Source: Octopus vulgaris (lineage: Eukaryota). Taken from it: a DNA stretch of 64,000 bases. Of the stretch, positions 34,069-46,314 are shown in pieces (positions within the stretch are counted from its first letter, which is position 1; each line of letters begins with the position of its first letter). The position numbers and the translations under genes were made by a program. The notes under the pieces are model-generated. The model saw only the letters and a program-made list of their open reading frames with translations, was not told where the DNA came from and made no database searches. The stretch covers positions 95,418,001 to 95,482,000 of the forward strand of contig OX597814.1 in NCBI GenBank assembly GCA_951406725.2, read 5' to 3'.

Positions 34069-34512
34069 GTTCTATATTTAAGAGATGAGGAATTATGTAC
34101 ATTATTTACAGTTGATGGATATTTGTCCTCATCTTGTTTGTTGTTAACACATTTCAGCTTATATACCCTCCAGCCTCCATCAGGTGTCTTGGGGAAATTT
34201 CGAACCTGGGTTCTCATCCCTAAGGTATTTTTCGATGGTGGTGGTGATGATGATGATGTTGTTGTTCAGGCCCTTGGGCATATAGGCATAGTGGTTAAGA
34301 GCATGGGCTACTAACCCCAAGATTCCGAGTTCGATTCCAGGCAGTGACCTAAATAATAATATTGATATCAACATCAAAAAATACCTTGAGAATGAAAACC
34401 CAGGTTCGAAATTTCCCCAAGTCACCTGATGAAGGCTGGAGGGTATATCAACCAAAATGTTGTGTTAACAACAAACAAGATGAGGACAAATATCCGTCAA
34501 ATGTAAATAATG
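34069..34512. mobile_element. Palindromic Penelope-associated insertion: inverted arms each with a hammerhead motif, around a tRNA-like segment
   Basis: Arms ~34098-34236 and ~34370-34514 are reverse complements. tRNA-like segment at ~34280-34350. 12-bp direct repeat TAAGTTATTGTT at 34057-34068 and 34513-34524. The same unit is fused to Penelope coding sequence at 46315-46470(-). Confidence 0.75.
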
Positions 34513-34569
34513 TAAGTTATTGTTATTATTATACAAATGTGACTTAGTTAATGAATCTAGGATCCCCTC

Positions 34570-36490
34570 CGCCTTCTTTCAGTATCTAGTTTGCCAAGGC
34601 TAATGCACTGGAACAGCTAAGCACCCTCATGAGCCTCACCAGTTACTCTACTAGGCGAGTTGCTCTTGAACACAGGAATCTTGCTGTTAGTAGTCTGACC
34701 CCTACCAAATGTCTCAAACGCCATAGCATGGAAAATGTAGTTGGTCAACAGATTGCAGTATTTCAGGATTTTGTTCAGCTTGGCCACAGAAGCTGTAGAT
34801 CTTGACCTGACCTCAGCATCCAGGATGTTAGATGACGCAAAGGAGTTGCTAACTGTGACATCTCAGACAAGGCATCTGCCTCGCAACCAGGGGCACAAGG
34901 TGAGGCTATCAGGTCCTTTCCCATCACATCTGGACAATCCAGATGGTTCTAAGGTGGAGAGGATGTTTGCCCAGGCCAAGCTCCTTTTGAATATAAGGTT
35001 CAACTCTGCATGACACATGAAGCAACCAGCATTAAGGTAGCAAGAAAGACCATGGAGGCCTGTGAAGTTGAGGAGCCTGCCACAAAGACAGATCAAACCC
35101 ATGCATACATCAGCTCCCACTCTGAGGGCAATGGAGACACAAAGTTCATTCAAGCTGAGTAGACCACCAACATTAGCCACAGGGATGGCATCAATCTGGT
35201 CACCTGAGTATTTGTCACTAGCAGACAGTATGCAGTACCCTGAAAACTGGTCTGACAGGATGAAGATGAAGTTGAAGGTGGCATTCAAAATTATGTTGTC
35301 CTAAACTCTCTGACTCCGACAGTCCTCCACCTTCTCAGGAGTAGACAAACCCAATTCCTTCCAGTGTTGGAGAGGTCCATGTTGGAGAGGAGAGGATGTT
35401 GCTCACCAGGATGGAGCAGGCGTGAGTGGAGGAAAGGAAGCAGGGGGGAGAGAGGGACAAACACTTATGAAGACCAACACCCCCAAATCACTTAGGCAAT
35501 GCAGCCTGGTTGTGGGACATTGGAGAGAGTCTGACATTGACCAAGCATTCGAGTCTCTCAAAGATTAGGTTGTCGAAGCATTAGGGGCACAATGGGAATT
35601 GGTAAGATAAGCTGACTCTGAGCAAATATAGAAGCTTAGGGATCAAGAGATAATTCCTAAGTATGAAGAAACCTTAATGGGGTTTGATGGCTTCAATATT
35701 TTTCAGCAATTGTTCAAGGGCAGCCACTTTTGACTGGAAGATGGACTCAAAGGCAAGGTCAGTGATTGAGGCTCCTAAGAAGCACCAAGCCTATGGGGGA
35801 TGGACTGTAATGGAAGGGAAGGACTCAGCAAAAAGGTCAATCATTGGTTGATGTTGAGAAGCCAGGTGGTTGAGGATCCAGAGCTAACATTTACTTGGAG
35901 ATCCCAGTGATCAAGCTCCCCAACCATCATGTTTGCAATAGCAAGAACCCTGTCTGGAAGTCCCTGCAAACAAGCATCATCAAGATACCAGACATTGAGG
36001 TCTAGCTTGACCCCCATCTTGGTGATATCATCAGTGCCCAGAGTGGGCCCAAGTGGGTTGCCCTGTTGGTCTCCTAAGGTGGAGATGATGATTTGGTCAG
36101 TGAAAGAGATAGGAAGGCTCCCGATAAGCCTGCCATGCAAGGTGGTAGAGTTGCGGGACCTTCTCTCTTACTGAGCTGAGGACAGCATTGTGGTTGATAG
36201 AGTTAAAGGCATTCTTAAAGTCAAGTTTGAGGATGACCTTGGGTGACAAGGAGGAAAAGTTGGCATAGGTTCTGATAGCGTGGGCAGCAGCTTCACATCC
36301 CAATTTGGTGCCCACTCCTAGCTGGGTAGGGGTAAAATTGCTCCTCCAATATGCTAGAGACCAATTGAGACGGTGAAGGGTGCAGCCAACCACAATGGGG
36401 CACAGGTCTCCATTGAGTTTAGTGAGCCCGAATAATTTTACCAAGAATGGATAGGTTAAAGTGGTGGCAACCCCATCAAGCAGCAGTTGC
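34570..36490 (-). mobile_element. Degenerate CRE-like non-LTR retrotransposon (RT + CCHC + restriction-like endonuclease)
   Basis: Motifs across broken frames: GDLCPIVVGCTL, QLGVG, KLDFKNAFNS, QQGNPLGP, WYLDD, then CLCG...HGLSC, HAELN and EPSGLSRCDGKGPDSLTLCPW (PD-(D/E)xK RLE). Confidence 0.85.
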
Positions 36491-37662
36491 CTGTGGTTGG
36501 GAGAGAAAACAACGAATATACAAGAATAAGTGGGGGGGGGGATAAGAGAGGAAAAGAAAAAAGGTAGCAAAACTTTACAGAGCGCTATCAGAAACGTTTA
36601 AAGAGTCACACACATGCGACATTCTCCAAATTGGCAGAGGGAATAGAGCAAAACAAGATAAACTGTTGGATAGTTCAGTTCAAGATCAAAAGCGCTGAAA
36701 TGCAAGGAAAAAGAACAGAGAGCAGATCATTAGTGTTTTTGTAATAGACGTTACAGTGATTCAGGCAAAATGCCGTGATTTCTTTTCATTTTGTCTGGTA
36801 TGCATCTACCTACAGATTTGTGTGAATATTGTTTTTTTTGTAAAATTTGTGGTGTGCTTACTGTAATCACTGCGAGATGTAGTGATTTAGACTTTTTTTT
36901 TAAGTTTTTCATTCCTTTTCCCCTTTTCTCCCTATTTTTCTTTCCCTTCCATTCATGTCTGCGCGTGGTTTGTTGGCAAAAATCAGATTTTCATTCGAGC
37001 AGGTTATAAAGGCATTAAAACAATTACCCCCAATCATGTTTACACATGGTTTGTTGGTGAAAATCAGATTTTCATCCAAACAGGTTAGAAAAACATTAAA
37101 ACAATATAGACTTGGTTCCATCTGACTGATAACGATGCAGACGTTTGTCAATATGCATGTGTGTATTTGATTAACATATTCTCATACAAAAGCCCAGAAA
37201 TCGTAGTAACTACTTGTTGAGGTGTGCGAAGACTGTCATGTAGTCATGCAGCCGTCGCGAACATTTGGTTGTCTGGAAGTAATGATCAGAGAAATTGAAG
37301 CGGGTATATTATCCTCACACCGAAATGTAATCCATTTAATGTAAACAATTTCCTCTTTCATTTTACCGTCTTATAAAAACAGATTTCCGTCTGGTCGAGA
37401 GGCAAGATGCCTTCAAAATCGAAAGTTGTATTTGGCAAGAACACTGTCACCAGATTCTAAGTAACCTATTTTGAAGCAGTTTTGAAATATATTTTTGGTT
37501 ACTGACGGTGGCGATGATGAATATAAGAATCCACTTAAAAGCTTGATATTCCTTCACTTGTTGAAATTCATTTACCTGCATGCTCAATAGTTCTGGGTTT
37601 TAAATATTTCAGGACTGACATTATAAAATGAATTATACTCTTGTCTTAACTGACAACTCACC

Positions 37663-37770
37663 TAGCAGATGTAACTGGTAAGGCTCGTGAGGGTGCTTGG
37701 CTGTTCCCACGCATCTGCCTCACCATCACCCGCAGCAACGCTGCAAGTGTGCTGGCGTGCCTCAATAGCC
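37663..37770 (+). mobile_element. CRE-like RLE LINE extreme C-terminal fragment
   Basis: Translates as ADVTGKAREGAWLFPRICLTITRSNAASVLACL, resembling RLE-LINE C-termini and the fragment at ~53900-53975(-). Confidence 0.5.
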
Positions 37771-38294
37771 ATTAGAGAGGTTTCCCAAAGTGGTGAATTG
37801 TTTTGGGCTTTATTTTGTTTTTTTTTCTTTTTAATTTTTTCAGTTGTATTCCCTGTTTTGTCCAATTTTCTAAATTAATTTTGTAAAACTATCGAGCTTC
37901 ATCGAAATAATTTTTTTTGTCATGGTCACATTTAATTTCATTTCAAATTTAGAAAAGCTATAGTATTTAATCATTATTATTATCATAAAAATATTACCAA
38001 GTCCATCTAGCTACGTGGTGCGTGAACTTAGTTTGCACAAGGTCTGTGCCCAGCATCTGTCGTATATTTAAAATATTGGCATTCTTTCGATATGAGTCCC
38101 ATTTACGTCACGTGTATTTGTTTACATTTAAAGAAGATCGTCACTTTCCGTAAAATTTTTATTTTTTTTATATATGTGGGGTTAGGGGAGGGGGAGGGGT
38201 GTCTTTTCAAGTCAGCGTAATGTAAATAAACCCACGTGGGTTTATAAGTGACAGTTATGTTACTAGTAACGAATGATCGCCAAAATATTTAGTA

Positions 38295-41200
38295 TGGGGT
38301 GGAAGGAATACTGGAAGGAGGGAGAGATGATGTCGCGCTGGCGAGTGAGAAGAAAACTTTCCCTTTTTCAAGCTATCTCTGAATGAGGCGAGACGTTGCG
38401 ATAGAGAGGTCGTGACAACACTTGTATAAATCTGCCAGCGTAACCCGATTGCCAGTAGAGGTAAGAACGACTTAATTTACGTGCCTTCAAACCACAAGCT
38501 ATTTTGGCACGTTGTTACCAGCTGCGTGGATATGTCCAAGAAGTGAATTTTTTATATTTTTCTGTTGCTCTTGTTCTTTTTATTGTAATGGCCACAAAAA
38601 TCTGAATCGGTTGTGATGTGTTGAGACTGTTCACTGGAGAAGGCGATGTGGTGACCTGGATAAAGAAGGTGAGACTCGTGGCAAAGTTGCAGGGAATAGA
38701 TGTGGCTAGCTTTACGCCGTTGTACTTAGAAGGGATTGCACTCAATCTCTACTTAGAGATAGATGGGGCGGACCAAGAGAAACCGGAAAAAATTGAAGAG
38801 AGGCTGAAACGCGGGGTGGCTTTTAAAGCCTACAGCAAGCTCGGGAGAGTGAGAGGGACCGGCGAGCAGATAGATGATTATGTGAGCGAGATTAGGAGGT
38901 TAGTGGGCCTAGCAGGGTTTACTAGAGCAGCAATGAAGCGGATGCTGAAGCTGGCTTTTGTGACCGGCTTCCCCGACCATATCTCTGTACGTCTGCAGCA
39001 GATGCCGGACATCGAAACGATGTCGGTAGGAGAGTTGATTGATAAATAGCGGGTGTTGTCACAAAGCGGCACTCGCGGCATAGCGGCAACAATGACCGCG
39101 TATACAAACGAGACGAAGAGGCAGGCAGCAAACAACGACAGCAAGAGTCTGGCGTGGCGAATGGCCAAGAGACCATGCTTCAGATGTCGAATTCCGTACA
39201 TGGTCAAGGAATGCACGGAACTGAAGCCAATGGTGGTGTGTTTCTGATGCGGCCATCCTGGGCATAGAGAGAATAAATACAAACAGAAAAATGAACAAAG
39301 GGGGACTACTGCGCCGCTAGTTCCCTCCAATACCAATTGAAGGCGTACCACCGAACGTTGCCTGTAGTGAGGCTTATGGTTGGGGCGAGGGAAGCATGAG
39401 CCCTCGTGAATACGGGTTAATAATAATAATAATAATAATAATTGTGTACAGTGCTCAGGTGCACTACAACTCATCTAAAGTGTATATATAATCAGGTGAA
39501 GTTTCGGCGGATTTCGGAAAGCATGAGGGCCTTAAAAGATGCAGTGTCATGGCAGTCAACAACTGACGCAGGCAGTTTATTCCATGCTTCAGCAACTCTG
39601 AGCGTGAAAAAATGTTTCCGAAAGTCATGGGAGCTGTATTGTTTTCTGACTTTGTAGGCATGTCCACGTGTGTTAGACACATGGAGATCAAAAAGGTGTT
39701 CAGTGTTGTTGTTGGTGAGGTGGTTGATAACTTTGTGGGTGTTTACCAAGTCCGTCGCCAAACGCCGGAGCTTCAGTGAATCCATGCCCAGGGAAACAAG
39801 GCGCTCAGAATATGGTAGGTGTCTGATGGAGGGTATGCGTTTGGTTGCACGTCTCTGGACAGATTCCAGGAGGTCAATGTTCTGTGCAAGATAGGGGTTC
39901 CAAATTGATGATGCGAATTCCAAGTGTGGTCGTACCATAGCTGTATATAGTTTTAAATAGATGGCTGGAGAGCGGCTAACAAAAGACCTGCTGAGTGATG
40001 CCAAGACACCCTCGGCCTTCCTGACAATCTTAGAGATATGCTTTGACCAACGCAAATCACTGCTGACAGTGATGCCTAGGTCACGCTCGCAAGAGGATTT
40101 CTTGATATCAGTGTTGTGGAGGGAGTATGTGAACGCAGGGTTTTTTCTCCCAAAATGCATGGTGGTACACTTGTCCACAGCCAGTTTCAGTTGCCAGTCT
40201 GTGATCCATTGCTGCATTGTGTCTAGGTCTGATTGCAGGAAAGAGTTGTAGACATCAGGATCTGTCCTCTTGATTTCAAGGTACAGCTTGATGTCGTCTG
40301 CATATTTCAATACTGTGGCATTCTTTAAATTGGCATCTATGTCGTTAATGTATGCCACAAACAAGAGGGGGCCAAGGACAGATCCCTGTGGTACACCCGA
40401 TGACATCTCATATGGTGTAGAGTGCTGTCCTAGAACTGTGACTACCTCCTTTCGGCTGAGGATGAAGGATTTCAACCAGTTAAAAAGGTCATCCCCCACA
40501 CCCATTGCAGAGAGTTTCACCATAAGCCTTTTGTGTGGCACAGAGTTGAAAGCCTTAGCAAAGTCAAGGTAGACAACATCCACCCATGAGCCACTGTCAG
40601 TAATCTGAGTAATGTCCTCAAGGAACTCGACAAGCTGGTCACTGCAGCTGGAGTTAGGGACAAATCCATATTGTGAGGGTCGGATGAGACTGTGAGAGCT
40701 CCAGAAGTTCCAGAGTGTTTCTCTGACACACGATTCCATCAGTTTTGCAATACAGCTAGTGAGACTGACTGGGCGATAGTTGACAGGTGATGTGCGGTCG
40801 CCCTTTTTGAACAGAGGAATGACACTGGCAGTTTTCCACTGCTCCGGAGTAGCACCATTGTTGAGACAGTACTGGAAGAAAATAGAAAGCTGGTGTAAAA
40901 GGAAGTGCCTGCCACGTTTGAGAAGCAGGTATGTAACTCCATCGAGACCAGGGGAGGCATAGTTGCGCTTATTTTGAAGGTGACGTCGCAGCATTGCAGG
41001 TGTAAATTCCATAGTTGTTATGGAGTTTGCTGTTAGTGATGGTGAAGATGGTACATTTTGACTTTCAACAGTGAATATGTTTGCATAGCACTCGGCAATG
41101 AGTTCTGCGCATTCCTTGGGGTCGTCAGTGATCTGGTTTGTGTGAGGGTTGCGAAGAGGGCCCACTGGAGAGTGAGGTCTCTGCTTTGAGTGCACATATT

Positions 41201-44200
41201 TCCAGAAAACCTTGCTGTCAGGATTGGCTGCTATGCACTGTTCAAATTCAAGCACTGCTTTTTTTGTCACTTGCTTGAGATGGTTGGAGGATTTATTCCG
41301 CTTCTTCCTGTTGGTGTCTGATTTATGCAACCTGTATTCCCGTTCAGCAGTCCGACGTTCCCTCCTGGCAAGTCGGACCGCTGAAGTTTCCCAAATTGCC
41401 CTTTTGGGGCGGTTCTTCTTTTTTTGTTTACGTGGCACTGATGCTGCACATGCTGCCCATATTGAGTCCAGGATACTCTGGAGTATAGTATTCACATCTC
41501 CAGAGTTGTAGAATTCACGCCAGTTTGGGTGCTGTAGTTCAGTGTGGTACAGGTTCCAATCTGCTCTCTTCCAATCGAAGGAAGCAGATTGGAGATGGTT
41601 CAGGTTTTTGTTGCCCGCAAGAGCCAGATTGGCGATGATCATAGCATGATCAGAGTCACCTAGAGGTTCCTCCGTAGTGCAATTGATAACCGCTTCAGGA
41701 GTTGTGGTGAAGAGCAGGTCCAAGGTGTTGTCGCCTCTTGTTGGAGAGGTGACTACTTGTGACCAGTTTGAGTCCAGCACAAGCTCAACAAAATCGTTTG
41801 CACTCTGTGGCCAATGGAAGGTCTCCCAATCGATCTCAGGATGATTGAAATCGCCTGCAATAAACACATAAGTGGCTGTTTTCCTGGCAGCAGCTCGGAG
41901 GACATTGCAAAGCTGTGTGTCCCGATGGTAACTTGGGGACGATAAACAACGCCAAGCAGGAGTGTTGACATGGTCATACGCACGTCACAGAAAAAAACTT
42001 CTTCTTGTGATTCGTTCAAATCGGCACAAGGAATTACCAAAAAATTTGAACGAACGTAGACCATCACACCACCACCACGGCGGTTAGTGCGGTCCTTACG
42101 GAAGAGGTTGTACCCCGTAATGTTGAAAACCCCATCACAGAGTAAGGAATGCGCCCATGTTTCCGTGACAGTGATGAAGTCAGGGTCAACACTTCTGACG
42201 TAGGCGTTGAACAAATGTATTTTGTTGCATAAACTGCGAGCATTTAAGGACAACAATTTGTACCCTGCTCGCAGTTTATGATGGTGTGTAGAGGATGGCA
42301 GGTTGTTCTGGCTTAGTTTCCCTGAGTTGCTGTAGTTTTTTTAGTTATTGTGGGTAGAGAGCACTCAGACCAGCTGGTATCTCTCTTCCACGTTTCAGCA
42401 GTCTTGACAAATCTCCAGATTTGTCCATCTTCCCGAAGACTGAAGCTTTCCTGTAGAGCTGAGTTCCTATTCAGGGAAGCCACTACACGTAGCTTTGGGC
42501 GTACATCGGACGGTAAGCCTGGGCGTGTTCGGAAGGTGGTCCGATTTTCCCGCCCAGCTTTAACTGAGGCCAGATGGTAAGAGGTTGCCTCAGTGGGGTC
42601 CGTAAAAGACAACTTGATGAGCCTAGGTTTTGGGCCAGGTCGTCCAAGGCGGATAGCACCCGTTGCACAACAACTCTGGTGACTGCAAGAATGGTTGAGA
42701 ACTGGAGAGGAAACACCAGGCTCAGAGCGGTAGATGGTAGGGAGGTCAAATGTAAGGGCGTCAGCGATGCAGAAATGGAGATACAGGGGTCTCTGTTGAG
42801 GCTGCAGGTGATTGTAGTTGATGAGGTAGTGGACAGTGCCGACATAGTGGTCGGAATAGACATGATCATACGATTAGGTGTGATGGTTGGCGGGGTAGGA
42901 GTAGAGTTTAGTGACCTGTGTGCCATGAGTGTGGAGCGGGGGAAGAAGACTGTAAGAGTGACATTACTGGCACAGACAGGGTCTTCCGTTGAAGACGAGG
43001 ACTTCCTTGCTGAGTTCGACGGCGAAATGTGGATGGTGGAATACTTCTTGAAAGGAGAATCTCTCGTACTGAGAAACAGGTTGAGCTGCAATGACCATAC
43101 CTTGAAAGGAGAAGCCAGATTTGAGTTCGAGACAGAGGTGAACAAATGGATAGAGGAGAGTATTCTGATGCCGTGGAGTCAGGAGACGACAGGCAGTGTG
43201 CTATCGTTGATGGCTGCGGTTCAGCCGACAAAAAGTAAGGTTCGACCGGTGCTAGACTTCAGGGAACTGAACTAATATGTGTCCTGTCATATGGCTGGCA
43301 AGGCAGCAGACCTGTGTGGAGAAATCCTTCGTGAGTGGAGGCGAAGGAGGGGGGCAACTACGATCACTGACCTCAAGTCGGCCTATCTACAGCTCCAGAG
43401 CTCCAGAGAAGTTGTGGAAGTACCAGCTAGTGAGGTACAGGGACAGGACGTACTGCCTGACTCGACTGAGTTTCAGCTTGAGTTCAGCGCCAAAAATCAT
43501 GGCGAAGGTACTCAAGGCAGTTTTGGGAAAAGAGGCCAAAGTGGAGCAAGCTACCACCTCATATAGCGACGATACCTTGGTAGATGAGAATGTGGCATCG
43601 GCAGAGGAAATCGTGGACTATCTTAGGACGTTCGGGCTGGCAACAAAACCGCCAGAGGCTATAGGAGATATGGCGTTGAGGTTCAGGCTCGAAAGGGACG
43701 AAATGGGTAGGCTTGTGTTTCACAGAGGAAACGAGATCCCAGACCTAAATGGGAATATAAATAGGCAAGAGCTGTTCTCAATGTGTGAGAAGTTGGTGGG
43801 TCACTACCTTGTCGCGGGATGGCTCCGAACAGCATGTCAAAAGGCGAGCAAAAGGAGTGAACTGGGGTTATTAAAGTGCGAGAGAAGACGATGGTGATGA
43901 TGCGAGATGTCTTGGAGAGAGTGCGAGCAGAAGATCCAGTGAAGGGGCAGCTGGTACGTGCCTGATACAAAGAAAGGGATTATGTGGTGCGACGCAAGCA
44001 GCATAACATTGGAAGTAATGCTGGAAATAGGTGTCGAGGTGGAAGACACAGCGTGACTTAGAAAGAAGGACGACTTCAACCATATCAATGTAGCTGAACT
44101 GGATGTTGTGTTGAAGGGTGTCAACCTAGCATTGAGATGAGGACTGCGAACCGTCGAGGTACAGACTGATTCTGCTACAGCGCGAGGGTGGGTGGAGTCA

Positions 44201-45578
44201 GTGATCAACCGGAAAATGATTCGCACGAAAGGGGCCGCGGAAATGGTAATTAAGCGTCGCTTGGGAATCCTGAGAGAGAGAGCTTCCGAATTCGACCTCA
44301 AGCTGCATGTCTGTTCGTGCCCTCGGAAAAGAATAAAGCGAACTTTCAAACCAGAGTGAAAAAACATTGATTGAAAAGAGTAGAGGATGTTCCAAGTGGG
44401 GGTAGCAGTTGTTTGTCGGTTGGAGGACACAGAACTAAGGAGGCTGCACAACATGCACCACATGGGGTTGGACAGGACGTTGTTACATGAGGCTTTAGCA
44501 AACTAGGAGGGTCGACCCCGATGTCACCAGGGAGAGCATTCGGAGGATAGTGGGGAATTGTAACAGGTACCAATCGATCGATCCTGTCCTGAATACACAC
44601 AAACCAGGAAAAATTCAGGTAGAGAAAGACTAGAAGAGGCTAGCCATTGATGTGACGCACTATCGAGGAAAGGTGTTCCTTTCAATGGTCAACTGTGGAC
44701 CGGGGCGAATGGCTATATGGAAAGATATCAGGGTGAAGACGGCTGCCGATGTCGCAGAAGTGCTGAATGCAGTGTTCTTGGAAAGGGGGCCGGTAGACGA
44801 GCTATTGATGGACAACAGCGCAGTTTTTCACCCAGAGCAGCTAAGAGAGATGCTTGGAAGGTGGAGCACAAGACGCTTTTTCAGAGTTGCATACAGGCCA
44901 GGTGGAAACGGAATTGTGGAACGGCACCACCGTACAATTAAAACCATGGCTGAGAGGGGATGAATCTCCTCTATGAAAGCAGTCTTGTAGTACATGTCAC
45001 CCGGAGTAGGGAAGCCGAAGAGTTAGTCCCGCACAGGGCCGTATTCCAGTACAAATGGAGACACCCAAGCGTGGTGCCGCAGCAGCTGGAGGTGGAAAGT
45101 ATTGCATCTGTGCAGGTTGGAGACGAAGTATAGGTGAAGCTCCTTAATGCTCGGTGCACAACGCAGTAAGAAAAAGGAAAGGTGACCGCAATCAGTACTC
45201 TGAATAATGTATCAGTGGATGGAATGCTGCGTCACGTCCTGGATATTCGAAGGGTGATTAGCTCTTCCGATGATAAAGGGGAGGGAGAAGGCAGCCTCGT
45301 GACTCTACGGAGATCTCTAAGGGAAGGTTACCCCCCACCCCAGGTGGATGGACGATTACGAGACAGGGGAACGGTGATCTTTATATCATGGGGCGGCGTG
45401 TGGTGGAAGGTAAACCGGAAGGGGGAGAGATTATGTCACGTGGGTGAGTGAGATAAAAAGTTTCCATCTTTTTCACGCTGCGGCAGATGCGAGACGTGCC
45501 GATAGAGTTCGTGACACCTGTGTTAAGAATTCAGTAATCTGCAAGTGATACCCGATTGCAAGTCGAGGTAAGCACGAT
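38295..45578 (+). mobile_element. Degenerate Ty3/Gypsy LTR retrotransposon interrupted by a CR1 LINE
   Basis: Related LTRs at 38295-38496 and 45399-~45578, with a G-rich tract before the latter. gag 38618-39300 has CCHC remnants. Protease LVNTG|CTTTLV; RT VRPVLDFRELN, DLKSAYLQ, YSDD; RNase H WCDASS, HINVAELD; integrase LLMDN, GNGIVERHHRTIK. Domain order PR-RT-RH-IN. Confidence 0.9.
39419..42660 (-). mobile_element. 5'-truncated CR1-group LINE (ORF1 tail + ORF2 with one frameshift) nested in the Gypsy element
   Basis: EN start 41753..42256 (LNARSL, VTETW, RGGGV) joins 39492..41867 ([31 protein letters not shown]) across a 1-nt shift near 41930. (TTA)n tail at 39419-39442. Confidence 0.95.
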
Positions 45579-46314
45579 AATATTTTTATAATTATAATTA
45601 AATACTACGGCTTTTCTACTAAGCCCATCTAGCTGTGTGGTGCGTAAGCTTTGTTTGCCGAAGGTCTTACTCCAGCGTCTGTCCTACATTTAAAATAGTT
45701 TCTCAAATATCGTTCCATTTCATCGCTGCCCAAAACAGCGAATCAACTGCTCGATCAGTCGTTCTTTCTTGAATCAACAGTTAAGTTATTATTATTATGT
45801 GACTTAGTTAATAAATCCTGCCTTCGTTCAATATCAAGTTTACCTAGACCACATGTAATTTCAGCCTAACTCCCCTTTTCGTTGCAAAATGCTTATGCAA
45901 TAAATTTGCCGATTAATTTAGTAAGTTAGTGTATTATTTAGTATATTAATTTAGTAAGTGAAAGTAAACTGGTTTCGCCGAAAGCGGGTGGTGTGTGTAT
46001 TCTTTACCTCTGCCAATTTAGTCTTAATGTTTTTATAATAGTAAAGATTAAATACTAAGGCTTTTCTTCTAAGCCCATCTAGTTATGTGGTATGTAAATT
46101 TAGTTTGCACAAGGTCTGTGTCCAGTGTCTGTCGTATATTTGAAATTGTTTCCTAAATATCATTCCATTTCTTCGCTCGCTCTTCCTTGAATCAACAGCT
46201 TTGATTCAAGTTGTTGTTGTTATTATTTATTATTATTCAAATGTGGCTTACAAGACCTCATGTAATTTCTTTTCAATTTCAGCCAGACTCCTATTCAATT
46301 TATATATTAATTTA

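Noticed and set aside
34280-34350. Functional tRNA gene (also the SINE heads at 17088, 19068, 48316, 63215)
   Set aside because: Acceptor stems do not pair and the segments are embedded in repeats; treated as tRNA-derived heads.
36960-37105. Two ~80-bp tandem copies (TGGTTTGTTGG...AAATCAGATTTTCAT)
   Set aside because: Ordinary diverged tandem duplication with no further structure seen.
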